A stretch of DNA of 64,000 nucleotides from Dimorphilus gyrociliatus (taxonomy: Eukaryota; Animalia; Annelida), in the NCBI GenBank assembly GCA_904063045.1, contig CAJFCJ010000010.1, positions 1,426,001 to 1,490,000 on the forward strand, read 5' to 3'. This document shows positions 36,831 through 49,344 of the stretch, piece after piece. Below the pieces are notes generated by a model. The model made no database searches, had not been told where the DNA came from, and saw nothing but the letters and a program-made list of their open reading frames with translations. Position 1 is the stretch's first letter; every line of letters starts with the position of its first letter. Position numbers and translations under genes: made by a program.

Positions 36831-39800
36831 CTAGAGGATTATACAAGCGCGTGAAGCGCCTACCGAGTTTCTTGGGTAAAAGTTCACTGTTTCTACACTA
36901 CTTAGTAATTCCTTCTCTTTTCTGGAAGACAATCGAAAACGACTTGCCGATGATGCTCTGCTGCTTACGAATGGTGGCAAGCCAGTTTCAGTATCAACTC
37001 GATCCCATATTCTCTTGACCGAATTTGGTCCAATATGCTTTATTCTTGTAGGTAGTTCTGACAAGATCTTGTTTGGATCATCATTCAAGGGATCAACTAT
37101 TATATATTCTAATACAGCACCATCTTCTAAGCCAACTAGAATCGTTCTATCATCTTGACACACTTTGATGCATGTTATAGGAGCTACAATGAAAACAAGA
37201 AGAAAGAGAATAAATAGCGTGATTAGAAAGCTAATTCCTAATTAGTTACCTGATGTAGTTATCTTTCCGATAATTGATCCATCAGCTGTTCTTCTTACCC
37301 AAAGTTTATCTTGATTATAAAATATTAAAAGTCGACCGTTATGAGCAAAAGATCTTGGAAGATTCTCATCTACTATCTTTCTTTCAATCAGACCTGTATC
37401 CAAATTTATCACATTGCATTGATCATCAATGCAGTATTGATTATTATTTTCATATAGAACTTTTTCAAGTTGTACTACTGGAGAGAATAAATCGACGATT
37501 ATTCTGAGAGCTATTTCACTGCAAATATCTAATTCCATTAGGCCTAGACATTGATTGTTTTCCCTTTTTTCTATACTGTAGATAAGCGTCACCAGATAGG
37601 GATTGTTGGTGTGTACGTTAAAGTCAACAATTTTCTGTAAGCTGTCATCGTGTTCCCTGAGCCTATCTTCGTCAAACGTCTTTACCTCAAGACTATCCTT
37701 TAAATCTATTACAGTTAGTGATGTTCCTACATAAGTTGCCTGACGTTCATCATAGTTATTTGCGGATAATAAAACGGCAAACTTATCTTCAGATGATAGT
37801 TGCATATCTTTTAGTACGTATTCTGCAATGTTCTCTACATGATCTTCGTCAATTATCTCGTTAGCGTATCTTAATTGAACTGTGTCCTCTTCAAAGTCGC
37901 CAAATTCAATAAGGCAGAATAAACTAGCAGATCGGAAAGTATTGGCTCTTTGGTGAAGGCAGGCAAAAGTATTACTATTTTGTAATGCCTTTACGCTGGC
38001 AGAAGCTTCTCCAATCTCCAAAAGAACTTTTCTCTGTTTAATATCCCAGATCCAATTTGAATCTCCTCTCTCACTACCAGTTAGTGATATTACAGCATAG
38101 TTTCCATCACAACTAATAGCCGCTCCTTTAACAATTCTAGGATGAGTGAAAAGATCAATTAGTCTGCCAGTGTCCATTTCTAGGATTCCTACACTTTCGC
38201 AATCTTCGCTTATCACGAGAGCTGAGCCGCATTTGTTTACTTCTATTGCTTTTATAGGCTTAGTAAGTCGATCTGTCAAAATGACATGGGAACAGGCACT
38301 AGCTAATTTCCACACATGTATAGTATTTGATTTGGCTTGTTGACTTATTAATTGGGCTGCTTCGCTACCGCTTGAATTAGGTGCTAATATCCTGTTGACC
38401 AATCCTATAGGAGTTTGCAAAACTGCGGCTGGTTTCATGGATGGTGACGTTGCTCGAACTGGCCAGAGGAAAATTGTTCTGAAGATTGACGAAACGATAT
38501 AATTGGAATCTGGTGTGAACAAGGCATTCTCAAAACCTAATCTTTCCGCTGTCATGTGCCCAGGTAATTGAAATTCAGTTGGTATATAACTCGGCCTCTC
38601 AATATGTTGAATTTCCCTCTGTGTATCATTATCAAATACAACTAAATGTGAATGAGATTTGATAAAGAAATAATTGTTGTTCGGCGAGACCGTCATATCT
38701 TCGACATCCTCGCCAGATAGTTGTTGATTTACATTAATACTGAACTGAATATCGGCGTTTCCTTCATTGTCCAAAAGAAGAATATAGATTGTGGTTGATT
38801 GTCCATCGCAACATACAAAAGCTTTTTTACAATCCTCTGTAAGGCAAACTAATTTCGGATAACCAGCCTTTTCAGTATCGTAACCAAGCACAACTTGACT
38901 TATTAATTTCATATTTTCGGTATTAAATATACAAATATTAGCGGGTCCATCATTTGTTAATAATAGGTCGGCAGAGGAAAATAGTTGACAAACTGTAGCC
39001 TTACCACTCAGACCTTTTACAGACAACAGTTTCGAAGTTAACAAACTGAAGAAGAGCAAACGACTTGATTCTTTAGTTGCTGCTATACAGCAATGACCAT
39101 TCTGCAGGGATGGTTTAGAGAATTTGCATTTAAAACCTGTTGATGGTCTTGACGGAAATTGGATGTGTCGTTCAGGTACTATCTGACCAATGAAAGACCC
39201 GTTGCTAGCGTCATGTATCTTAATTGATCTATCGTGCTCTTCGTCTATGATAATAATATATTTTCCACATGGTGAACAAAATAATTCACCAACGGAAGTT
39301 TCAACTGTAGCTACTCTCCTACATTCTTTGGCATCTAGAACAAATACTGTAGAGCTTTTATTCGATTTGGCCAGAATATATCTCTCATCGTTAGATGATT
39401 CTTTTTTTAGAGCCTCCAAAACATCAGGTACTTCCGGTAAAGTCACGACTGTTTTGAGAGGCGAACCTGGTACATTGTGAAATGGAGTTACAGGTATAAT
39501 ACCGCAGTCGTCGATGCCTTTCACATCGCATTGATAGATAAGAGACTTAATTTTTGGGTATTCTATACAATGACAAAGTAATCTACCAGTTAGTTCTACC
39601 GCAAGATTAGAAGGATTATTTTCTAAAATGTCAGCAGAATCTCTTAGAGCATGTTCTACAAGTAGGACATCTCTTCCAGATATTAGACTAAAATCATCTA
39701 AGAGTGCATCAAATCCCAAGGCCATGAGTTTACTTCTTAACCAGTCAAAGTTGAAGAGAACGTTATCTTCTAGCTTGTCAATTTGTCCAGCTTCAAAGAG

Positions 39801-42430
39801 ATGTTGAGGTACATTCATTAATTTCCTGATGTTGAAAGAGCCGTTTTCAAATTGTAGTGGTTGGGAAGGTACTAATCTATTGGCTGCTTTTATGCTATTT
39901 CCGTTTTTAATAGGTTTCGAAATATCATGCCATCTTCCTCCAAAGTATTCAGCTAAGGTTAAATGAACAGATTCGGCTATTTCAGGATTTCTTAAGTATC
40001 TGACCTTCGCAGCTTCTCTACTAAGCTCGTGAGCCCATGTCGATACATTTAATCGTTCGCACTGATAGATTCGCAAAAGAGACATTAGGGATAGTTTTAG
40101 TTTTCTCCAAAACACATGTGGAATCCTAGTAGAACCTGATAAAACTGGTGGGCAAACTTCTAAAAGAACTTGATCATCTAAAGAAAGAAGATCATCCATT
40201 TCACAATCAGTTAAACCATGAGAAACTGCTGTGAGATACGATAAAGATTTTGAAACTAAAGCTTCTCCATGCATACCCTCTAAGTGACTGAAGAAAGCTG
40301 CATAAAATGTAGGTACATCTGGTGGAAGTTTATCAATTCCTATTAAACAAGTGGAAGTCCATCTAGCAGCTTCCTCGCTTAACAATTTTATATAACTAGG
40401 TAAAGAGCATTTTTCTAACAGTTTACTTATAATCTCTCTTTGATCATTCTGCAGGATTCTGTTTTTCTCCGAAAGTAAAGCATTTAACATTTTCAAACCG
40501 CTTTCTTTACCAAGCTCTTTCAATTCTAAGAAATTATCAACAGATACATTGTCTGCTAATATTGCATTTTCCCTTAATCCAATTAAAATTTTTACATTTG
40601 AAGCTAAATACTGAGGAATCCATGAAACATTCGAGACGTTTCCAATAATAATCGTGCACGCTTGACCCCTGGGAATTTTAGTTAAAAGTTCGTGAAAATA
40701 ATCAATGATAGCTTGGGAAGGATTTCTTGGTATATCTTCAGTTGGTTGCTCAATGGCTAAAGCTAACTGAATGCATAAGCTATGGATTGTAGAAACAATA
40801 TCTTTGGAATTTGTAGTAAGGCCGACAAATTTAATAATTGTCAAACTTTCTTCATCTAATATCCAATCGGGAATATCTAAGGCAACTTTACTATTAAAGT
40901 ATTGAAATATTCCATTAATATTAAGATATTAAAGGTGTTTCTTAATATAGATTATATATAGTAATATACTGTATATATATGACACAGAACTTATGAATAT
41001 TATTAATTAGTTTGTCTCTTAATGGAATACCTCAATAATGAGTTTTTACCAACTCCGCTGGGTCCATAAACGTAAAACGGAGTGTTAGAATCACTAAATA
41101 AATATTTTTTAACAGTGTTCAATTCTTGCTGACGTTCGTTGAAACTACACCAAAGTCTTTTACAATAAGACCACTGGGTGTTCATTTCAATTAAGAATGG
41201 AATAAACCTAATAGATCGATTGGGAGCACTCTGGTCAATTAAACGTTCCATCTCGGATGTAAACTTATCGGAAAATTCTTTTAAATAGTCTTTATGCAGA
41301 TCTGGGCAAATACCGTTATTGAATTTCCATAAAACTTGAAATTTATGGATATTTTCGAGCGGCAGCCAAGATTCTAATTTGCATTCTAGCTCTTCTAGAC
41401 GTCTTCTCTCTTCGTGATCGAAAAATATATCACCAGTTCTTTCATCTTGTATAATATCGGCAAAAATCGATGCTCTGTCGGCGTCAAGATTATTCTTCAT
41501 ATCTGTAATTGTCCTTTTGAATATTAAACATTGCTGTTTAGGCTTTTCAGAATGTAAAATTCCATCATAAATCTCCCGTTCAAACTCGGACACTGATAAC
41601 TCATTCTTTGTTTTTATGTCAATTTGTTCATTCTTTAGGAGCAGGTCAAGACCTGTTGATATGAGTTTGCATATCTCTTTAGACTTTTCAGCAGAATCAT
41701 TTTGATGTTCGGATGGAATACTAAGGACACAACAAGGTGGTATAGAATTCGAATCGATTCTATACCACGATTTTAATAGACCAGCATTTCTAGTACTCCT
41801 GCCTTTGACGGATTTTAATGCAGAACTAATTAGCCTCATAAGGTCTGCAGGTATTCTTCTCGGTGGTAGTTTATCACCATATTTCTGGCCTACGACAACC
41901 TATAAATGGCAATATTGTTGGATTAGTTTTTTTTGACAGTCAATTGTTAAAGAAAGAAAATCTTTGATGACTTTACCACAAAATATGGTCCTAAACTGTT
42001 CAATTGACATTCTCCTAATTCAAAAGAATTTAAAGTGGAATAATCGCAATCGTTTATCGATAATCCCCATTTTAAGTCTATAATCTGTTAAGAAACATGC
42101 ATTAAAAAGATCCAAAGAACATTTAAAATACAACACTAAATTCTAGCCCATATTTCTGTCTTGTATATTCTCTTAATTTAGGGTAAACATTTTCAACCAA
42201 ATAATTCCGTTCAACAATTGAATCTATTGAATGAAATATTGAATGAAAAGGATGATCCTCATTCAAGTAATGAAAATTGTAGATCGTATTAAAAGAGATT
42301 ATAATTAAAATGTCAACTTACCCTCTCCTTTAGAACTTAAATAAACTCTTATAACGTCTGTTGGTGGTTCAGAAAGGGTGCCGGGATCAAAATTTCCGGA
42401 TAACAATGCTCTAATCTCTTTTTCCCCCAT
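36831..42430 (-). CDS. NACHT and WD40 repeat protein (NWD1/NWD2-like STAND protein with DUF4062-like N-terminus)
   Basis: MGEKEIRALLSGNF...DVIRVYLSS; ERNYLVENVYPKLREYTRQKYGLEF|IIDLKWG (NWD/DUF4062-like). P-loop GPSGVGKNSLLSKVA across the 41017-40891 intron. NWD-like helical region (LTDCEMDDLLSLDD, FNIRKL, FNFDWL) and a long beta-propeller-like C-terminus ending RACIIL*. Confidence 0.85.
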
Positions 42431-43620
42431 TCCCAGTTATCTTCTACCTATCTTACTTGATTCCACCTATTTTCTTGAATCTTATTCAGGTAATGCTTTT
42501 GTTGAATTTTTTAAATTCAAACAATTTAAATTGTCTTGATATATACGGTGGCTTCGAATATTTACATTGTCGTCATTGACAACAAGTGTTATTAGGCTGA
42601 CATTTGTCAACTTGAGACTGGTAATCAATTCCATTCTGTGTATAAAAATTTCCAGGGATAGATGCCATCTATCGGATAATATATTACAGAGAAGAAAATA
42701 ACTTTTATCCTTTTGATTAATCAAATATAAAGATAATGTTCAGTGCAACAGTACGCAATATGTATGATATAGATTATACATATATATATATATATACTAT
42801 ATATATACATGGGCATATATGTGTATACTATTTAGATATATATTTCCTTTACATATATAAATAGATCTTCAACAATTAATTTATTATTTATCAATTTTTG
42901 TTGTAAAGAAGATAATCGAAAGTAAACAGAATGCTACGTTCACAGCAGGAAAAAGTTAAATGGCAATTACATGAAGAGCAAAATGGTTTCTTTCTTCGTG
43001 AAAGTGTCAATCATTAGGTCAATTATGAAATATAAATATTGATTTGCATAAAGAAATGAACAATTAAGAATTCGTCTTATAAGATGGTTTTTCATAAATA
43101 TTAATGATATATTTTATTACTACAGTTGGCTCTAATTAATAGATATCATTTTAATAGTCACTATCATTTTTTAGTTAAGTATATACTCTAGTAGGTACTA
43201 AATTGGAAATATCCTATCAAAAATGTATGGTAAGAGCGTAGCGCGGACAATTTGTCTCCTTAACTGAACCACTTTCAATTTTCAACTACACATCCTCTCC
43301 AAAATTACTAAGTGGAGAGACATTTTTTACCTTCTTTATCAATTTTTAGCGCTTTTATACTGTAATGGATCTTGAAAAAATTGCAGTTCACTATCAATTA
43401 AATCAGGGAGTATATATTTTCGATAATAACTTATGCAATGACATGTGAGCTAATTAATCACATCGTTTTTTATTATTATTTTAAAAGAGGTAACCGTTTT
43501 AAAGTATAGAGGTGTTCTTATTTGTTTATTGCATTGTACATATGTATATATATATATGTTTATATATATATATATATATTTTTAATAGTAATTAGGTGAA
43601 TTAGTGATTAAAGTTTGACT

Positions 43621-44916
43621 TCAAAGCCAAAACGGTCTTCTCCTCTCTCTATCCATGGCAATACGGGATCGAAGTGTTCCATAATCGCCTCTACTGTTAT
43701 CAGAGCTACGTTTTTTACCCAAAGTGTTATCCAACCAACGCTTTCCCAAAGTATTATCCAACCAACGTTTCTCCGTTAACCTAAACTCCGAGCTGTTAAT
43801 AAATCAAACGGGAGCCGTATGATACCAAATTTAATCATTATAAAAAGAATACAAACTCATCCAAGTTTTCCGAGTGCCTTCCGGCAATCAATGCTGCTCC
43901 TTATGTAGTTACGAAAAAAGGAAAATTGAAAACAAGGACAAAACATTAGTCTGTTGCAAATTATACATTTCGAATTAACAAAAGCTATAGTAATTAATAA
44001 ATAGGCTACTTACTATTAACCTTAATTTCTTTCTTTATCAAATATTATCAATCGTAAAATAAAATAAGCAAGAAAGAGAGAAAATTCACTAATTGATTGA
44101 TTAGCTTAATATAATAAGCTTTGTATTCTATTTAATAAGTTTACTCTTTTTCACTTTGTCCTTTTCTTTCCTTTCTATCACTTTTCATCTTTTTTCCTTT
44201 TATTTCCTAACTAAACTTATTTTTCCTTATAGTCTTTACCTTTTCTTATATTTACAACAACTACTTTATAGGTTAGAGAGAAAGACGAAGAATTTTCCAC
44301 TTTTATTCCCTGCAGTCCCCGATTCGTTCACCCATTTTCTTCATATATATTTAATCTATTCTACTAAAACGCTTGAAAGTTTAGAAGGTTTTTTTTTATT
44401 AAAGACTTTGTGATAGAACCCGTGATAGTGTTAAATTGGGATTTCGTAGTTGTGATAATTGATGAAGGAGAGGAGGTTGTTTGAAAAATAACACCCTCTC
44501 TTCTTACTGAACCTTCTCTAAATTAGCCGATAAAAAAGCGTAAAAATACTTTGGAATAAAGAAACTGACAAAAGTGTTTCTGTTCATTCATTTCCTTCCT
44601 GGTTTTTCTATCATCTAAAGCAGATCAATTCTCCCTAATGTACTTAAGACTAGAAGATCAATCCGATATTAACAAAAAGTCTTATCAGGACAATTCTAAA
44701 AATATCCTTTAATTAAGGACAATTTTTTTTCAAATTAATAATATAAGGCGAAAAAAGAGTGTAAAAAATGAGTTAAAAGCCTATTTATATAACTGGAAAC
44801 TCAATTGTTATTTGCTAAAATAAGAATTCGTGAAGGGAGAATATGTAAATTGGATATATCAAAGTTTTAACATACTTACCACTCAGTAAGACGATGCACA
44901 ATATAGCGAACTTCAT
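43621..44916 (-). CDS. Proneuropeptide encoding 2x WLDNTL-amide (83 aa; not in ORF track)
   Basis: Three phase-compatible exons (44916-44880, 43899-43857, 43792-43621) give MKFAILCIVLLSGAALIAGRHSENLDDSEFRLTEKRWLDNTLGKRWLDNTLGKKRSSDNSRGDYGTLRSRIAMDRERRRPFWL*. It has a signal peptide, dibasic sites and Gly amide donors. Confidence 0.88.
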
Positions 44917-45455
44917 TCTCCTACCAGTTCTTGTATGTGAAAGCAAAGTTATGACAGTTGTGAAGCGTCGCTCATTTGCATATTTGTCGCCAGCGCTTTT
45001 TACTTTTTGTTTGCCACGTAAAATTCTATATTTTTGATTTATTTATGGTTTAATTTTTTTAAAATGAATTCTTTTATTAAAATAACTAGTTACTTTACGA
45101 AATGAAAGAAGTTATTTATGTTCTTTTAATGAAGATTCTGTGTTGGGTTATTGTTTAATCTTTAGCTAGAACAGAAGGAGTTTTTAGGTGTAAATACGAC
45201 AGGAGGATAATGTAACCTGCTTTATCTAGGTTTATATATTTGTATGTACTAAATAATAATGATACTATATAAGTCATCAGTTTAGGTAAAGAAGGTTCTT
45301 TATTAAATATATATGAAAATCTTCATGAATATATATACTGTATATATTCATGAATTTATATAAGTCACACAGAGAAACACAAAGGTTAAGTTCTTTTTCT
45401 TATATTATTGTTTCTTTCTTCATTTAATTTCATTGTTGGATCTCCTTTCGCTCTT

Positions 45456-45909
45456 CTAGGTTTGTCTTAAAGTTCTACATTCAGGTCGAAGGCAACGAGC
45501 AGCCGGATTGCTTCTTAGGCATTCTCTATTGAAGCAGGCCGAAAATCTAGGTAACCAGGTCCTCTTAACATCTTCATCCGTTAGACGAGATCCCGGGAGG
45601 ATAAGACCCGAATCGACGGAGCGAGATGAGATAAAACTATACGGTTAAATTTGACGGGTTATTACTATATATTTTATATCTAAAATATTATTATTCAGTT
45701 TATTATAATCTATGTAAAATAGAAGGAAAGAAAAAGATAAATCGTATGTTTAAAAGCTATATAAAAAAAAAATCTAGTACATTTTAAAAGTAAAATATAC
45801 ATAAAAAAAGTTACATAATCTTACTATATTGTTAATATATTGATAATAATTTATGCTTTATTGTTTACCAGATTAGGATCAAAAAGAAAATACTTCTCCT
45901 CTTCTCCAT
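45456..45909 (-). CDS. Secreted prepropeptide releasing a 34-aa four-cysteine peptide (73 aa; not in ORF track)
   Basis: Exons 45909-45869 and 45636-45456 (phase-2 GT-AG intron) give MEKRRSIFFLILICFISSRSVDSGLILPGSRLTDEDVKR|TWLPRFSACFNRECLRSNPAARCLRPECRTLRQT*. Exon 2 is a GC-rich island in AT-rich DNA. A likely upstream exon ends at 46240, downstream of a TATTTAA box at ~46305. Confidence 0.78.
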
Positions 45910-46788
45910 ATTTGATATCAAACGACTGTTAATTTACTTGCGTCTTACTTCTTTATAGCTAGTTTTCGTTGCTATGGCTGTAAACAAACCATATTTAAAG
46001 CTCTGAATATGCTTAATGCTAGAGCCTTTATTATATACTATTATATTTCTCATATATACTTATGAATTCATATATATATAAATATGTATATGTATATATG
46101 TATCTGCTGTATGTACATATTAGTATGTATGTATATATAAAGGAACTAGTATTGTTTCTTTAAAAAAAGTCTATTGGAAAGGAAATGGATTCACATGTGC
46201 TGATTACTTTGTAAAGAATTAGTTATAAGTTGTGCTTACTTTGCAAATTCACTTCCGCAGAAACAAGGCATATGAAAAAATGGTATAAACGATAATAATG
46301 CCTTAAATAGCGTGGGGACTTTGTATAAAATAAAGAACTACATATTTTCCATTTTGCTAAAGCATTACTTAATAATTTTCAATTGGGTTAACTAATTTAT
46401 AATCTTTATAGCAGTTATTAAACTTCTTGGCTAATTCTCTAACTCAGATCCATCATCAACCCAACTTATATACTTATATTTCTTTCATTTCAAATCACTT
46501 ATATATAAATATATATAGTATTCTATTATTTACAAGCAATTATTAAATGATTTATACAAGATTTAAAACATTCTATAATAAGAATATTTTGTACTTAATA
46601 TTTTTTTTATTTAGAATAAAGTTTCTATTATAAAGTGTATTCATTGCTTTAATTTGAATTACAACACACCTATGTGTTATTAGATGAATTATTATTCATG
46701 ACAATTATATGAAACAACGATATTCAATATTTCATTATTTTTAACCTAGGCCTCCTAAAAGTTGAAACAAACAAAACAATAAGGATCT

Positions 46789-49344
46789 TTAATCAAGCTT
46801 ATTCTTAGTTTGCACCAGTTTTGGCTTATCAACAAATTCGGTTCCATAATAATAGATTAAACCACCCGTAACAGCAGTTGCCATAATCCAAAAAGCTAAA
46901 TATAGCGCATGCTCTCCCGAGTGGTCACTTCCAACCAAAAAGCTAACAAGTAACATAGAAAAAGCTACGCAAAATATTGCAGGTAAAATATAAAATTTAA
47001 TATCTCTCTTTTCCTGCAACGGGCAAATGGTTGTTGCACATTCTCCTTCGTCCACCTGATGATTTCCTAAAATCAAATCCACTGCATCCTGCCTGAAACC
47101 ATCGTAAAAATTGTTCTTAACATATCTAATTGCTGAGTTGACACCATCCTTCATTAAGCCCATTTTTGTTCTCTTTCCAGTCCGAGTGAAATCAGTTTTC
47201 AGAGCTCCCGTTCCGGCGTACTGCTTGGCGCAGGCATCCGCGTTATCAGCCCAAACGTTTTTGAAAACAGTCTCAAACGCCAATTGATCCTCTACACGTT
47301 CGCCTTCTTGTAGAATGTTGAATTTTACTAGTTGGTCCTGCAGGGTCCTTCTCGCCAGTAAACTTTGAACAACGTTTGTCCTATCTAAACAATCTATGCA
47401 GTTAGTCCTAAAAACTCCATCCTGAACGATAACAGTACGGCCGTCTTTATCGTGAGCAAAGAATTTAAACATTTTTCTCTCTTCTTCTAACCTATCGAGC
47501 AAAATAGATAAACGGTGCCACCTCATCTTACTACATTCCTGATGAAAGTCAAAGGCCTCGTAGCGGATGTCTGGATTCTGTAAATGGAAAGGATATTTAT
47601 ATTATTATAAGCACAAAAAAGGATGACGTTGCTTATTTTAAAAGTTAGCTCTAGTAGAAAATTATGTGAACCTTAGAGCTGTTTGTCAATTGTCTGAACG
47701 AATTCTCCAATTCCTTTTCGGCTCCTTTGTGATCAATCAAATTAATCAATACTTGTTTACCATAGCTGAATAATTGTGTTGCAAAGTGTTTTTGGAAGGC
47801 ATTGGAATGATTCTGACTCTGACTAATTTGTGGTGTTGGTTTATATTTCAAGTTAGGTCTTTGAGACCAAACTAAAGGTATAGATCCACGAGTTTGAACA
47901 AAAGAAGCCCTATATCCCTCACATTCAATTAATTGTTCAGTTTCAACGTAGTTAGCAGAATTACCATCAACATCTAAGCCTCTCATGTAATATCTGTTTA
48001 AGGAAGATAAAAGTGTAAATAAAGAGAAAAGAAATATTCAAAAAATTTGTTAGATCAATGAAACATAAATAGAAAGAATATCTAGTGTTTATACAGAATC
48101 CACGCACATATACATATGTGTATCTGAGTATATATATATAAATTTATACAGTATATATATAAGTATAATACATATATTACATACACTATATATATTTTAT
48201 ATAGAGCAGCTATACATAACTTTTATTGTACATGTTTTTAAGGTCTACAATGCAAATTGTATAATCCATTTAAATCAAACTATACTGTACTTTATACAGT
48301 TTTTTTCCAGTACTTGCTCCTATACGTTCGATCGATATATAAATGATGTATAAAATATACGTATTTCATATTATAAATTTATTATTCCTTTCTCTATATC
48401 ATTGTTTTTCTGCTATATAAAGGTGTGTAATTTGTTGAATCTAGGGTGTTTTGAACTACATTATCAGTACATTTTACTTAAACAATATTTTAGAAATACT
48501 AGTGTGAATTACGTGTACATTTACATAGGTGATTAATTATTAACTACTAACCTAGTACCAGCTCTGTGGCAACTTCGTCTTGATATTAACGCATAGCTGA
48601 AACAATGATTTTTAATAACAACTTGCTTAATTACTACAAAACCCAGCATAAGAGGTAATGAAAATTTGCTTAAATCATCTCTATGAAAATCTTTTAGAAG
48701 GTGTTGATTCCATACGAAACGAGCATCGGCTCTTTCGGCCAAGCACATAGATACAAAGTCCGGAGATGTATTATCTAGTCTTTGTAAAGTATGTGTTAAA
48801 TCATAATCATATGAGAAATAGTATGACTCAATTCCCAGTGCATGTTCTGCTAACGAGATATACATTCGGTTGTGGTGAATTTGGTCTTCCGTCATATGTA
48901 AAGTAGTTCGTTTATAGGATATCAGCTGTGTGGACGCGACTTTCCATATTTTCTTTCCATTGATTTCGCCTACCAGCGTCCGATCAGTGATAACAATTAA
49001 GTAATTTCCTGCCAGTAACTTAATTATTCCAAAGATGCCGAAGATAACTCGAGTCTCAGCAACATTCGGTATTTGTCCCTGGTTTTCTACAAAGAAATAT
49101 ATCAGAAATATTGTTTAAATTTGCTCCTATTTTAAGAAAATAGTGTATTAACGCTCACTGTCAACACTTATCTCCTGTGTAACGCGATCAATTACAAGCA
49201 ATTCGTTTGACAAGGAAGAGTCAATCGGTTCAATAAAGAATTTATCGTTTGTTGTATGCCTGTTAAAATACATATTAGAATTTGACAATTATTAGCAGAT
49301 TATAAATTTCATACTTACAATTTCATGTTATCATAGATCGCCAT
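46789..49344 (-). CDS. SACM1L: Phosphatidylinositol-4-phosphate phosphatase SAC1
   Basis: MAIYDNMKL...; [13 protein letters not shown]; [13 protein letters not shown]; [11 protein letters not shown]; [23 protein letters not shown]; catalytic [16 protein letters not shown]; two C-terminal transmembrane helices; KxKxx ER-retrieval end (KNKLD*). Confidence 0.97.

Noticed and set aside
33824-42430. IRF next to a NACHT-WD40 gene as an innate-immune gene cluster
   Set aside because: Adjacency alone is weak in such a gene-dense genome. NWD-type proteins are not established immune receptors, and ISRE- or octamer-like words in the spacer are too short to be significant in AT-rich DNA.
44464-44503. 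Purine/pyrimidine inverted repeat in the neuropeptide intron as a possible pre-miRNA
   Set aside because: The stem is short, bulged and low-complexity, and I recognise no miRNA seed.
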